A DNA stretch of 64,000 bases. Source: Trueperaceae bacterium (lineage in GTDB: Bacteria; Deinococcota; Deinococci; Deinococcales; Trueperaceae). The notes below the pieces were generated by a model. That model was not told the origin of the DNA. It worked only from the letters and a program-made list of their open reading frames with translations, and did no database searches. Position 1 is the first letter of the stretch. The number at the start of each line of letters is the position of its first letter. The position numbers were made by a program, and so were the translations under genes. The stretch is from assembly GCA_965214405.1 (NCBI GenBank), contig OZ243956.1:2912001-2976000 (forward strand). The letters run 5' to 3'. Positions 1 through 10,781 of this stretch are shown here, one piece after another.

Positions 1-1099
1 CTACACCTACACCGCCACCGGGAGCGGCGTCACGGCCTACATCATCGACACAGGCATCCGCGGCGGCCACAGCGAGTTTAGCGGGCGCATGGTGGGCGGC
101 TACACGGCGGTGAGCGACGGCAACGGGACGAACGACTGTAACGGGCACGGCACGCACGTGGCGGGGACGGTGGGTGGAAGCACCTACGGCGTCGCCAAGG
201 GCGTCAAGCTTGCGCCCGTCCGGGTGCTCGGCTGCGACGGCTCGGGGAGCAATTCGGGCGTCATCGCCGGGGTGGACTGGGTGACGTACAACCATTCGGG
301 GCCGTCGGTGGCGAACATGAGCTTGGGGGGCGGCGCGTCCAGCGCGCTCGACCAGGCGGTGAACAACTCCATCGCCTCGGGCGTGACCTACGCGGTGGCC
401 GCGGGCAACGACAACAAGAATGCCTGCAACGCCTCACCGGCCAGGGTGGACGCGGCGCTCACGGTGGGCGCGACGACGAGCAGCGACAGCCGGTCGTCGT
501 TTTCAAACTACGGCACCTGTGTGGACGTGTTCGCGCCAGGCTCGAGTATCACCTCCGCCTGGTACACGAGCACGGGCGCGACCAACACGATTAGCGGCAC
601 CTCGATGGCGAGCCCGCACGTGGCGGGGGCGGCGGCCTTGTACTTACAAAACAACCCCAACGCCTCGCCCTCAGCGGTATTCAGCAACATCACCAGCACG
701 GCGAGCACCGGCAAGCTCTCGAGCATCGGCTCGGGCTCACCCAACAAACTTCTCTACACGGGCGGCGGTGCGGGCGGCGGGGGCGGCAGCCCTTGCTCGG
801 GTTGCGAGAGCTTCACGGGTTCCCTTTCCGGCAGCGGCGACTACGATTACCAGCCCAACGGCACCTACTACTACAGCGGCTCGGGCACCCATAAAGGCGT
901 CTTGAGCGGCCCCTCGAGCGCCAACTTCAACCTCTATTTGTGGAAGTGGAACGGCTCGAGCTGGAGCACGGTTGCCCAAGGAACGAGTTCCAACTCCGCC
1001 GAAACGGTGACCTACCAGGGCTCCTCGGGCTACTACGTGTGGCGCGTCGAGTCCAGCAGCGGGAGCGGGAGTTACACCTTCCAGTTGAGCCGTCCTTAG
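1..1099 (+). CDS. Subtilisin-family (S8, aqualysin/proteinase K-like) serine protease with C-terminal PPC-like domain; 5'-truncated by window edge
   Basis: Frame is open from base 2 (YTYTATGSGVTAYIIDTGI); catalytic motifs DTG, HGTHVAG, GTSMASPHVAG; Gly/Ser linker then beta-rich C-terminal domain. Confidence 0.95.
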   Translation, partial: YTYTATGSGVTAYIIDTGIRGGHSEFSGRMVGGYTAVSDGNGTNDCNGHGTHVAGTVGGSTYGVAKGVKLAPVRVLGCDGSGSNSGVIAGVDWVTYNHSGPSVANMSLGGGASSALDQAVNNSIASGVTYAVAAGNDNKNACNASPARVDAALTVGATTSSDSRSSFSNYGTCVDVFAPGSSITSAWYTSTGATNTISGTSMASPHVAGAAALYLQNNPNASPSAVFSNITSTASTGKLSSIGSGSPNKLLYTGGGAGGGGGSPCSGCESFTGSLSGSGDYDYQPNGTYYYSGSGTHKGVLSGPSSANFNLYLWKWNGSSWSTVAQGTSSNSAETVTYQGSSGYYVWRVESSSGSGSYTFQLSRP

Positions 1100-1133
1100 A
1101 TGGCGTAGAGAGCAGCCTTGTAACTGTAAGAGA

Positions 1134-1159
1134 GGGGCACCGCATTGTTGCGGTGCCCC
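1134..1159 (+). terminator. Stem-loop, probable terminator between convergent protease and Uma2 genes
   Basis: GGGGCACCGCA-TTGT-TGCGGTGCCCC perfect 11-bp stem. Confidence 0.7.
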
Positions 1160-1221
1160 GAAACTTTGTGCATCTTGAAACTTTTAGTTGGGGCTCGAGC
1201 CCTCCCTAAGCTTCAAACATC

Positions 1222-1851
1222 CTACGCATCAAATACCTCAGCCACCGTCACCCCAAAACCACTCAGGTCACGCGATGTGGCCCGCTCATCACCTGTAAAA
1301 CGGCCATGAGCTTCATAAGCGGTTGCCCCTCCTGGCAACACATAAACCGTGATGGACGCGTCGCGCGGGTCAACGAGCCAATATTCGGGGATGCCCGCCT
1401 TTGCGTATTCTTCAAACTTCATCACCGCGTCCCGGTTCGGGTCGTCCGGGCTGACAACCTCCAAGACTAAGTCGGCACCCCGCCAGAACTGCTCGCCCCG
1501 CTTTTCGGCGTTTGCATTGCTCATAAAAAGGATGTCAGGCTCGCGGAACTTGCCTTCCCAGAGTTTGATTTTTAGGGAGGCGAAGAAGACCTCACCGAGC
1601 CCCCTTTCGCTGACAAAAGTATAGAGGAGGAGAAACAGAAATCTTACGATGCGTTGGTGGCGTTCGCTGGGCGTGGGTAAAAGCTCGAGCCTTCCCTCTG
1701 AGAGTTCAATCAAATGGTTGGTCGAGAGTAAGAGGTAATCGACCTCCGTCCACTCGCCTTGATAGGGGAAGAACTCGGTCACGGCCAAGGTAGGCTCTCC
1801 CACCTCGTCCTTTGCCTCACGTCTCACCGCCTCCTTCACTCGTGCCTTCAT
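1222..1851 (-). CDS. Uma2/DUF820 family putative endonuclease
   Basis: IELSEGRL..P..RHQ, REPDI, DLVLEVVSP, K..EYA.AGIPEYWLVDP motifs. Confidence 0.9.
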   Translation of the reverse strand: MKARVKEAVRREAKDEVGEPTLAVTEFFPYQGEWTEVDYLLLSTNHLIELSEGRLELLPTPSERHQRIVRFLFLLLYTFVSERGLGEVFFASLKIKLWEGKFREPDILFMSNANAEKRGEQFWRGADLVLEVVSPDDPNRDAVMKFEEYAKAGIPEYWLVDPRDASITVYVLPGGATAYEAHGRFTGDERATSRDLSGFGVTVAEVFDA

Positions 1852-1957
1852 GGCCCCACTGTAGCAGGCGGGGCGCTGCTTCGTGGTTTATGTTGCGACT
1901 TGAACTTGAACAAACAAGCGGCCCCGTCAAGAGCCGCTTCTCTGCCAAAAATACAGA

Positions 1958-3100
1958 CTAACGCTCGTCAACCGGCGTGTAGGTGCGCCCCTTCGGCCCC
2001 TCGTATACGAGGCGCGGGCGCATGATGCGGTTGTCAGCGTACTGCTCATAGAGGTGCGCCATCCAGCCCGAGATGCGGGCCACGGCGAAAATCGGGGTGT
2101 ACATGTCCTTGGGGAACCCCAGCATCCGGTACACGGACGCGGAAAAGAAGTCCACGTTGGGCTTGACGGGCTTGCCCTTCGCCTCCATCTCACGGTCCAT
2201 GACGCGCTCCATCTCGAGGCTCATGTCAAACCACTTCGAGTCGCCCGACTCTTCGGCCAAATCCCCGGCCACCTCACGCAGGATGTTGGCCCTGGGGTCT
2301 AAGACCTTGTACACGCGGTGCCCGAAGCCCATGATGCGCCCCTTGGAGTCGCCCAGCTTGTCCATCACATAAGGCTCGACGCCCTCGACGCTGCCGATAC
2401 TTTCTAACGCGCCCATGACCGCCGAGTTGGCCCCACCGTGCAGCGGCCCCTTGAGACTCGCCACCGCCGCGGTGATGGCGCTGTATACGTCCGTGAGGGT
2501 GGAGGCGGTGGTGCGGGCGGTAAAGGTGCTCGCGTTGGAGCCGTGTTCGGCGTGGAGCACCAAGGCCGCGTCCATCACGCGGGTGGCGGCGTCGGTGGGC
2601 TCTTCGCCCGTCAGCATGTAGAGAAAGTTGCCCGCGACGCCCAGTTCCGGGTGCGGGGTCACGGGGTCCTTGCCGTCCCTGACGCGCTGAAAGGCGGCGG
2701 TGAGGGTAGGAAAGGCCGCGACGAGTTTCGTGCCGATGCGCCGGACGTTTTCTAAATCCACCCCGTCGGGGTTTTCGTCAAACATGGCGAGCATACTCAC
2801 GGCGGTGCGGAGCGCGTGCATCGGGTATACGTCTTTGGGAAGCATCCGGTAGAGGTCGAACACCTCGTCGGGCACGGCGAAGTGCGGCTGAAGCTCCTTT
2901 TGAAAGCTCTTAAGCTCCCCCTCCGTCGGCAAGTCGTCGTTCCAGAGAAGGTAGATGACCTCTTCAAAAGAAGCTTTATCGGCCAACTCGCGGATGTCGT
3001 AGCCGCGGTAGATCAGTTCGCCTTTTTGCCCGTCGATGTCGCAAATTTCGGTGGTGTCGATGTTGACGCCGTCTAAGCCGCGGTGGATGGTGCTTTCCAT
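1958..3100 (-). CDS. gltA: Citrate synthase (type I; methylcitrate synthase activity not excluded)
   Basis: GLDGV, HAEHGSNAST, GPLHGGA, MGFGHRVYK, PNVDF motifs; AGGAGG RBS before ATG at 3100. Confidence 0.9.
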   Translation of the reverse strand: MESTIHRGLDGVNIDTTEICDIDGQKGELIYRGYDIRELADKASFEEVIYLLWNDDLPTEGELKSFQKELQPHFAVPDEVFDLYRMLPKDVYPMHALRTAVSMLAMFDENPDGVDLENVRRIGTKLVAAFPTLTAAFQRVRDGKDPVTPHPELGVAGNFLYMLTGEEPTDAATRVMDAALVLHAEHGSNASTFTARTTASTLTDVYSAITAAVASLKGPLHGGANSAVMGALESIGSVEGVEPYVMDKLGDSKGRIMGFGHRVYKVLDPRANILREVAGDLAEESGDSKWFDMSLEMERVMDREMEAKGKPVKPNVDFFSASVYRMLGFPKDMYTPIFAVARISGWMAHLYEQYADNRIMRPRLVYEGPKGRTYTPVDER

Positions 3101-3297
3101 GCTTCCTCCTTGTAAACTGCTTCTTGGCGTGGGCACAGTGTGATAAGCGCGCTCACGAGGGTGTTGCTCGAGCCTCAGTCATGCCATTGTACCCTTTTCA
3201 AGCCAGGAGGAAGGCAGGCGAAGCTTCAGGCTGCACCGCTATATCGAGGTGGCAGTTGTATGGGAGTGGCGAGGACGGAACGAGGTTGTAAAAACCG

Positions 3298-4188
3298 TTA
3301 AGAACTCCCGGAAACGTTCGGTTCATCCTTTAACACCCTCAACAGGGTCTCGCCGTAGCGCTCGAGCTTCACCGGCCCGATGCCCTTGACAGCTTTTAGC
3401 TCATCCAAAGTTTCCGGATTTTCGCGCGCTAACTGCGTCAAACTCTCGTTGCGAAGCACGATGTAAGCGGGCAAACCTTCGCGGATGGCGGTGGCCTTGC
3501 GCCAGGCTTCTAGGCGGCGGTAACGCCCCAACGCCGCGGGCGTGAGCGTGTCGGCGGGAGTTTCTGGAGCTTTGATTGGCGTAGCGTCAGGTACGGATAC
3601 ATCCGAGGGGGGAGGGGAGACGGGCTCTCGAGGTTTGGGTTGAGGCTTGGCTTGGGGTTGAGGCTCGGCTCGAGGCTCCCTACTGGCTTCTTTGGCCTCG
3701 CTTTCGGATTCTCTTGGCTCACCTGCTGGCTCATCCGCCCGCACCCACGTATCATCCGCCTCATCACCCTCTTCGCGCGTGAGCAGATACGCGCCCGCCG
3801 CGATGAGGAGCGCCGCGAACGGGGCGGAACTCAAAATGCCGCTCCTGACAAACCCGACGATGAATCCCAAACCCACAAGGAGCCCCGCGACCTGAACGGG
3901 CCAGCGCGAGCGGCGCGGCTCGACCCGGTCAAGCGCGAAAAAGCCCACGCCGAGGCTTATCAAAAAAGCACCGTGCCAGCCCCAGGCCCCCTCGAGCAGG
4001 AACCCCACCGACACGCCTGTCAGCACACAACCGACGAGCAAAAAGCCGTATTTCCGCCGCGCCACATACGCCAGCAAGAAGCCCGCCGCGACGAACCCCA
4101 CCCAGAACCAGCCCGCGTAGCCGCTACTGGGGAGGAGCGCGAGACCACCAAGCGCCAGAAGCGCGTACCCAAGCCACCGTTCTTTCAT
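3298..4188 (-). CDS. Membrane protein with C-terminal HRDC domain
   Basis: Several N-terminal hydrophobic helices, Pro/Glu-rich linker, then L.AWR..A..EGLPAYIVL.NESL..LA...P.T..EL..VKGIGPVKLERYG (HRDC). Confidence 0.85.
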   Translation of the reverse strand: MKERWLGYALLALGGLALLPSSGYAGWFWVGFVAAGFLLAYVARRKYGFLLVGCVLTGVSVGFLLEGAWGWHGAFLISLGVGFFALDRVEPRRSRWPVQVAGLLVGLGFIVGFVRSGILSSAPFAALLIAAGAYLLTREEGDEADDTWVRADEPAGEPRESESEAKEASREPRAEPQPQAKPQPKPREPVSPPPSDVSVPDATPIKAPETPADTLTPAALGRYRRLEAWRKATAIREGLPAYIVLRNESLTQLARENPETLDELKAVKGIGPVKLERYGETLLRVLKDEPNVSGSS

Positions 4189-4492
4189 CGTCCTCCCATC
4201 GTCCTTCTTGGTGCGGCGGGCTCAGCATGGATGTGGCCTCGAGCCGCCCCTTTGCTGAAAATCGCACCAGAAACTCAATCTTTTCCTAGTTTAGCCTCTA
4301 CACGTCCCCCGATGTGTACAGATTTTGGCTTGTGACACCGCTCTTTAAGTGCGCGGGTGCTAAAATCCTGAGGTATTAATAACAGATGCTTCCCAGGGGC
4401 TCGTAATGCCCAAAAGGGCAACGGCGGGGGGTATCCGAAAGGTTTACAAGTGGGTTTTACGTCCCATGAACGACTAGTCTTCAACCTTCTAG

Positions 4493-5671
<1,179 letters not shown>

Positions 5672-5695
5672 GGACACCTACTTACCGGAGGACAT

Positions 5696-6670
5696 ATGGC
5701 AACACAAACGATGGTTCGGACCATCGCGCGCACGCTTGACGAGGAGATGGCCCGCGACGCGCGCGTGGTGGTGATGGGGCAAGACGTCGGCAAGCGGGGC
5801 GGCGTCTTTCTCGCAACCGAGAAACTTTTTGACAAATACGGCCCCGACCGGGTCCTGGACGCGCCCCTTTCCGAGGCGGCCATCATCGGCGCGGCGGTGG
5901 GGATGGCGGTTCACGGGCTCAGGCCCGTGGCCGAGGTGCAGTTCGCGGATTACGTTTACCCCGGCTTCGACCAGCTCGTCTCGCAGGCGGCGAAGCTGCG
6001 CTACCGCTCGGGGGGCCAATTCACCGCGCCGATGGTGTTGCGGATGCCCGCGGGCGGCGGCGTGAGGGGCGGGCACCACCACTCGCAGAACCCGGAAACG
6101 CACTTCGTCCACACGCCGGGGCTCAAGGTGGTCTATCCCTCGAGCCCCACCGACGCCAAAGGACTTTTGAAGACCGCCATCCGCGACGAGGACCCGGTGG
6201 TGTTTCTCGAGCCCAAACGCCTCTACCGCGCGCTCAAGGAAGAGGTGCCGGGCGGGGATTACACCATCCCCCTGGGCGAGGCCAAGGTGCGCCGCGAGGG
6301 CGACGACGTGGTGTTGGTGTCTTACGGTGGCTCAATGGCCGAGACGTTGAAGGCTGCCGACGCGCTTGCAGAGCAAAAGGTCAGCGCGACGGTGATTGAC
6401 CTGCGCTCCTTGTTGCCGTGGGACAAAGACGCTGTGCTGAACGCTGTTGCCAGAGTGGGCCGCACCGTCTTAGTCAGCGAAGCACCTCACACGAACGGCT
6501 TTGTCGGCGAGGTGGCGGCGACGATTGCCGAGGAAATCCTCGACAGCCTCCTCGCGCCGCCCTTGCGCGTGACCGGCTTCGACACGCCCTACCCTTACGC
6601 TCAAGACCGCGCGTACCTGCCGGGCGTCAATCGCATTTTGCAGGCGGTGCAGAAGGTGCTGAGCTATTAA
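5696..6670 (+). CDS. bkdA2: 2-oxoacid dehydrogenase E1 beta
   Basis: [41 protein letters not shown] motifs. Confidence 0.9.
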   Translation: MATQTMVRTIARTLDEEMARDARVVVMGQDVGKRGGVFLATEKLFDKYGPDRVLDAPLSEAAIIGAAVGMAVHGLRPVAEVQFADYVYPGFDQLVSQAAKLRYRSGGQFTAPMVLRMPAGGGVRGGHHHSQNPETHFVHTPGLKVVYPSSPTDAKGLLKTAIRDEDPVVFLEPKRLYRALKEEVPGGDYTIPLGEAKVRREGDDVVLVSYGGSMAETLKAADALAEQKVSATVIDLRSLLPWDKDAVLNAVARVGRTVLVSEAPHTNGFVGEVAATIAEEILDSLLAPPLRVTGFDTPYPYAQDRAYLPGVNRILQAVQKVLSY

Positions 6671-6702
6671 GTAGCTAAACGGGCCTCAACTAGTTATGAG
6701 AA

Positions 6703-7491
6703 GTGCTTTACCGTTGGATGGCGGATTCTGGGATGGATGAAATCGTGATGAAGAGACCAATAAATGTACCAACACGAGCAACAGCAGATTTCATCGCATC
6801 TTATCTTCCTGTAGGAGCAGAGGTTCTTGAAATCGGATGCGGCGTGGGGCATGTTGCCTTGGAGCTTTTGAACCACGGTTACCATGTGACCGGCGTGGAT
6901 TCCGATCCAGATGCCGTCGCGCAAGCTAGAGGGCGCGGAGTCCCGGCAGTGCAGGCGTCGTGGCCGGAGTTTGAAGGTATGTCTGTTGACGCCGTTGCTT
7001 TCACCCGCTCGTTGCACCACATCAGCCCGCTCCGGCAGGCAGTTGACAAGGCGCGAAACGTCTTGCAACCAACGGGGACGCTCTTGGTTGAGGATTTCGC
7101 GTTCGACGAAGTGGACAGAGTAACGATGAACTGGTTTCTGGACGTGCTCATTTCTCAGGCGGGTCGAGCATTCGTCGAAGCGGTTCCAGATGAGTTGGTT
7201 ACAGATTTACAGAGGGAGAGAGACCCGGTAGCTGTCTGGCATGAGAGTCACGACCATGACCTTCACACAATGGCCGCGATGACGCAAGCCGTAGCAGCGC
7301 ACTTTGTTGTCTCACAAACTCAGCCGGTTCCGTATCTTTATCGTTACCTCGTTCCGGTGCTGATGGAAACCCCGGAAGCAGAGGAGTTCCTAAAGGAGGT
7401 ATTCCATGAGGAAGTCCGCCTGGGGATGCGTGAGGAAATAGCGCTTATTGGCCGTCGCATCGTAGGATTACCACGAGAGGCAGTAACTTAG
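6703..7491 (+). CDS. Class I SAM-dependent methyltransferase (start uncertain)
   Basis: VLEIGCGVG motif I, TGVD, SLHH, L.PTG.LLV; lower GC than flanking genes. Confidence 0.8.
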   Translation: MLYRWMADSGMDEIVMKRPINVPTRATADFIASYLPVGAEVLEIGCGVGHVALELLNHGYHVTGVDSDPDAVAQARGRGVPAVQASWPEFEGMSVDAVAFTRSLHHISPLRQAVDKARNVLQPTGTLLVEDFAFDEVDRVTMNWFLDVLISQAGRAFVEAVPDELVTDLQRERDPVAVWHESHDHDLHTMAAMTQAVAAHFVVSQTQPVPYLYRYLVPVLMETPEAEEFLKEVFHEEVRLGMREEIALIGRRIVGLPREAVT

Positions 7492-7555
7492 AAAACAGAA
7501 ACGCTGAGCTTGCAGCTTCGTGCGTTGATCTTATCTGATTCTACTGAGGAGCATT

Positions 7556-9028
7556 ATGGCTAAAGAGTTTTTGCTACCCGAACTCGCCGAGTCCGTCGTC
7601 GAGGGTGAGATTGTCAAGTGGCTGGTTGGCGAGGGCGAGTGCGTCGAGGAGGACCAGCCCGTCGTTGAGGTGATGACCGACAAGGTGACAGTCGAGTTGC
7701 CGAGCCCGTATGCGGGGGTGCTCGAGAAGCAACTCGTCAAAGAGGGCGACGTGGTACCCGTAAACGAACCCATTGCGCTTTTTGGTGATGGTACTTCGCA
7801 GGGTGCTCCGCAGGCGGAGACGGAACCCGCTCGAGCCGACACAAATCAGGCAACTGATACAGAAACCGACCCAGCCCCAAGCCTTCAGGCCGAAGAGGAG
7901 CGCTCGATTGTCGAACCGGGCGGACCCGCTGAAGAGGACGATGGCGACAGCCTGAGCCTCTTCAAAGCGTCTAAAGACGTGGACGAAGGCCCCACCTTTC
8001 AGGTGCGGCGCGCTGAGCAGGAAATGAGCGGGGCGTCCGAGGCAAAAGGAGCCACGGGACCCTATGGTCGCCCGCTGGCCGTGCCCGCGGCGCGCAAACT
8101 AGCCAGGGCAGAAGGCGTTGACATCGCCCAGGTGCAGGGGAGCGGCCCCAACGGGCGCATTCGCGTCGAGGACGTGCGTAAGCACACTGAGCTTATCAAG
8201 GCTGGAGGTGCTAAAGCTGCGCCCGCCTCGAGTCAGCCTGCCCAACCTACTCAGCCCACCGTTCAACCCACTGTGGGACGCACCGTCTACAAAACGCCGC
8301 AGGGCTACGGCGAGTTAGAAGAGCGCCTCCCCGTCCGCGGCCTCCGCCGCGCCATTGCCAACCAGATGGTCGCCTCGCACTTGCAGTCGGTCCGCACGCT
8401 CCACGTGGACGAGGCGGACGTGGGCGAACTCGTCGCCATGCGAGAACGCCTAAAACCTTTGGCGGAAAAGCGCGGCGTCAAGCTCTCGTATCTACCTTTC
8501 ATCCTTAAGGCGGTGGTCGCGGCGCTCAAGGCGTTTCCGATGATCAACGCCTCTTTAGACGAAGACGCGGGCGAGATTGTCCGCAAGCACTACTACAACT
8601 TAGGTGTCGCGGTCGCCACCGACAACGGTTTGGTCGTGCCCGTCGTCAGAGACGCCGACCGAAAGAGTGTGCTCGAGCTAGCCACCGAAATAGGCGACCT
8701 CGCCGAGCGGGCGCGCACCGGCAAGCTGGCACCCGAAAACGTCAAGGGCGGCACCTTTAGCGTGACCAACATCGGGTCGCTGGGCGGGCTCTTTTCTTTC
8801 CCCATTATCAACGTGCCCGAGGCGGCGATTTTGGGGGTTCACTCGATCAAAAAACGCCCGGTTGTCTTGGAGGATGATTCAGGGGAGGATTCCATCGTCG
8901 CCCGGCCCATGCTCTACCTCTCGCTGTCGTTCGACCACCGCGTGGTGGACGGCGCGGAGGCGGCGATGTTTACGGGCTACGTGATTGAACTTTTGGAAAC
9001 GCCCGAGTCGCTGATGCTTGAAGGCTAG
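7556..9028 (+). CDS. bkdB: Dihydrolipoamide acyltransferase E2
   Basis: Lipoyl domain EVMTDKV, E3-binding PAARKLA..G.GPNGRI, catalytic SFDHRVVDG. Confidence 0.93.
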   Translation: MAKEFLLPELAESVVEGEIVKWLVGEGECVEEDQPVVEVMTDKVTVELPSPYAGVLEKQLVKEGDVVPVNEPIALFGDGTSQGAPQAETEPARADTNQATDTETDPAPSLQAEEERSIVEPGGPAEEDDGDSLSLFKASKDVDEGPTFQVRRAEQEMSGASEAKGATGPYGRPLAVPAARKLARAEGVDIAQVQGSGPNGRIRVEDVRKHTELIKAGGAKAAPASSQPAQPTQPTVQPTVGRTVYKTPQGYGELEERLPVRGLRRAIANQMVASHLQSVRTLHVDEADVGELVAMRERLKPLAEKRGVKLSYLPFILKAVVAALKAFPMINASLDEDAGEIVRKHYYNLGVAVATDNGLVVPVVRDADRKSVLELATEIGDLAERARTGKLAPENVKGGTFSVTNIGSLGGLFSFPIINVPEAAILGVHSIKKRPVVLEDDSGEDSIVARPMLYLSLSFDHRVVDGAEAAMFTGYVIELLETPESLMLEG

Positions 9029-9054
9029 CGCGCTTCTCTCCTCGTCCTCTACCC

Positions 9055-9084
9055 GAAAAGCCCTGCGCCCGCGCGGGGCTTTTT
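9055..9084 (+). terminator. Intrinsic terminator after E2
   Basis: AAAAGCCCTGCG-CCCG-CGCGGGGCTTTTT. Confidence 0.7.
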
Positions 9085-9192
9085 CATATCTTGACGCCGC
9101 GCTTTACGGCTATAGTGGCCCTAAACCGTGGACCCCGCCTTCGACGCCTTTTACCTCGGTCCAGTCAGTGGTACACGAACGGAAGGTGGGCT

Positions 9193-10134
9193 ATGAGGGG
9201 TGAGGGAGACGTTGAGAGCGCAAACGACCCTGTTTTCCCGGCGGGCTTGACGCTGCGGCGACAGGGGGCGAGTTTAGAGCGGGTTAGTTCTCGAGCGGGC
9301 GCGATAGACCTCCTCGTCTCCGCACCCACGCTCGAAATTATTGAGGGAACGTTGCAAAAGGGCGAACGTATCACACTCGTTCCCTCGGCGGGCGCGGTAG
9401 AAACGTACTATCTCCTGTCTGGCTCGTTGCGTTGCGATTTGCCTTCGGGACCCCTAACCGTGCGCGTGGGCGACTGCCTCATCACCGAATCGCTGGCGTC
9501 ACCCACGATTCTTTCCGCAACCGAAGAGGTCCATTTTCTCTACGTCACCTCGAGCCCGATGTTTCACGACATCAGCGGGCGGCTCAACGAACTCATGCAA
9601 CTCGCGGTCGAGGTGGAAATCAAAGACGGCTACACCGCCGAACACTGTTTGCGGTTGCAAAAGCTTTCATTTGAAACGGGCCGAGAGCTCGGACTTCCGC
9701 CCGACCGGCTGCGCCTGCTCTCTTACGGTGCCTACCTGCACGACGTGGGGAAAATAACGGTGCCCGTGAGCATCCTTGAAAAACCCGGCGACCTCACCCA
9801 GGAGGAGTGGGCGGTGATGCGCAAGCACCCGATTTTCGGGCGCGAACTGCTCGAGACGACTTTTATGCGTGACGCCGGTAGAATCGTCGAGCAGCACCAC
9901 GAGCGCATGGACGGTTCGGGCTACCCGTACGGTCTCACGGGTGAGAGCATCCTCACCGAGTCCTACATCGTCGCGGTCACCGACGCGTACGACGCCATGA
10001 CGACCGAGCGCCCCTACCATCAGGCTGTAAGTCATGAAGAGGCGGTGGCCGAGCTCAGGCGCTGCGCCGGTCTGCACTATCCGGCGAACATAGCGGAAGC
10101 TTTCTTCGCCACGCTTGAGCGAGAAAAAGCGTAA
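9193..10134 (+). CDS. Cupin-like N-terminal domain + HD-GYP phosphodiesterase
   Basis: D.YT..H, HDVGK, HHERMDGSGYP, DAYDAMT..RPY motifs; N-terminal ETYYLLSG.L..beta-rich cupin-like segment. Confidence 0.88.
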   Translation: MRGEGDVESANDPVFPAGLTLRRQGASLERVSSRAGAIDLLVSAPTLEIIEGTLQKGERITLVPSAGAVETYYLLSGSLRCDLPSGPLTVRVGDCLITESLASPTILSATEEVHFLYVTSSPMFHDISGRLNELMQLAVEVEIKDGYTAEHCLRLQKLSFETGRELGLPPDRLRLLSYGAYLHDVGKITVPVSILEKPGDLTQEEWAVMRKHPIFGRELLETTFMRDAGRIVEQHHERMDGSGYPYGLTGESILTESYIVAVTDAYDAMTTERPYHQAVSHEEAVAELRRCAGLHYPANIAEAFFATLEREKA

Positions 10135-10221
10135 ATTTTGTACTCTCGAGGACGCTGTTGAAAATCCGCTACCGTTCCCGCCTGAGCTCTGCTACTCTCT
10201 TACTAGAAGGTTAACCCCTTC

Positions 10222-10293
10222 CTCGGAGGCTATAATCTCTGCTTCTTATGTGGGCGCTTGGAGCAGAGGGAGCCAGTAGCGCAACCGGCCGAG
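10222..10293 (+). ncRNA. c-di-GMP-II riboswitch aptamer
   Basis: P1 CTCGG/CCGAG; P2 GGCT/AGCC; P3 CTCTGCTT/GAGCAGAG; pseudoknot GCGCT(10254)/AGCGC(10278); conserved TGGGCRCTT and GAGYYAGTAGYGCAACCGRC blocks match the class II consensus as I recall it. Confidence 0.88.
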
Positions 10294-10328
10294 TGCATCT
10301 CTATTTCACTTTGCACTCAATTCTCAAA

Positions 10329-10363
10329 GCCGCTGCGATTCGAAGAGCAGCGGCACCTTTTTT
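10329..10363 (+). terminator. Terminator-like hairpin of the riboswitch expression platform
   Basis: GCCGCTGC-N10-GCAGCGGC-ACC-T run, directly before the GGAGG RBS. Confidence 0.65.
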
Positions 10364-10374
10364 GGAGGTTAAAA

Positions 10375-10503
10375 ATGAACAAAATTAAAACGTTTGCGTT
10401 CGTCCTCGTGTTAATCGTTAGTGGTGCAGGTTTCGCCGCAGGCGCGGCCCAAAAGGTTCAGCCCTCGGGTCCGTCCACCACCCTGTTCGAATTCAACCGC
10501 TAA
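10375..10503 (+). CDS. 42-aa small protein with Sec-type signal peptide
   Basis: GGAGG RBS at 10364; MNKIKTFAFVLVLIVSGAGFAAGAAQKVQPSGPSTTLFEFNR (basic n-region, hydrophobic core, Ala-X-Ala); followed by a strong hairpin. Confidence 0.75.
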   Translation: MNKIKTFAFVLVLIVSGAGFAAGAAQKVQPSGPSTTLFEFNR

Positions 10504-10540
10504 AAAGTCGCAGAAAAAAGTAGCAAAACATATGTGAAAA

Positions 10541-10584
10541 AACCCAAACCGCGCGGCGTGCTGATGCGCCGCGCGGTTTGGGTT
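10541..10584. terminator. Long, probably bidirectional terminator hairpin
   Basis: AACCCAAACCGCGCGGCG..CGCCGCGCGGTTTGGGTT, 18-bp perfect stem between convergent genes. Confidence 0.8.
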
Positions 10585-10781
10585 GATTAGGGCGTACTGA
10601 CGTTTACCCTTCGAAAATCATTCAACCTCAAGACGCGGGTAAGTCTCCGCGCTCCGCAGCCTCTTTACTCCTCGATTCTTGACGCCCGCTTCTCGCGTGC
10701 AATACGCTAAAACTCACGGCGAAAGGTCTGAAAAGTCAACAGAAGCCAAATTTATCCAAAGAGACGACGTTGCATTTCCGC

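Noticed and set aside
1187..1201. GTTGGGGCTCGAGCC next to the Uma2 gene, identical to the right arm of array copy 2
   Set aside because: No repeat core, and most of the match is the abundant GGCTCGAGCC motif, so chance cannot be excluded.
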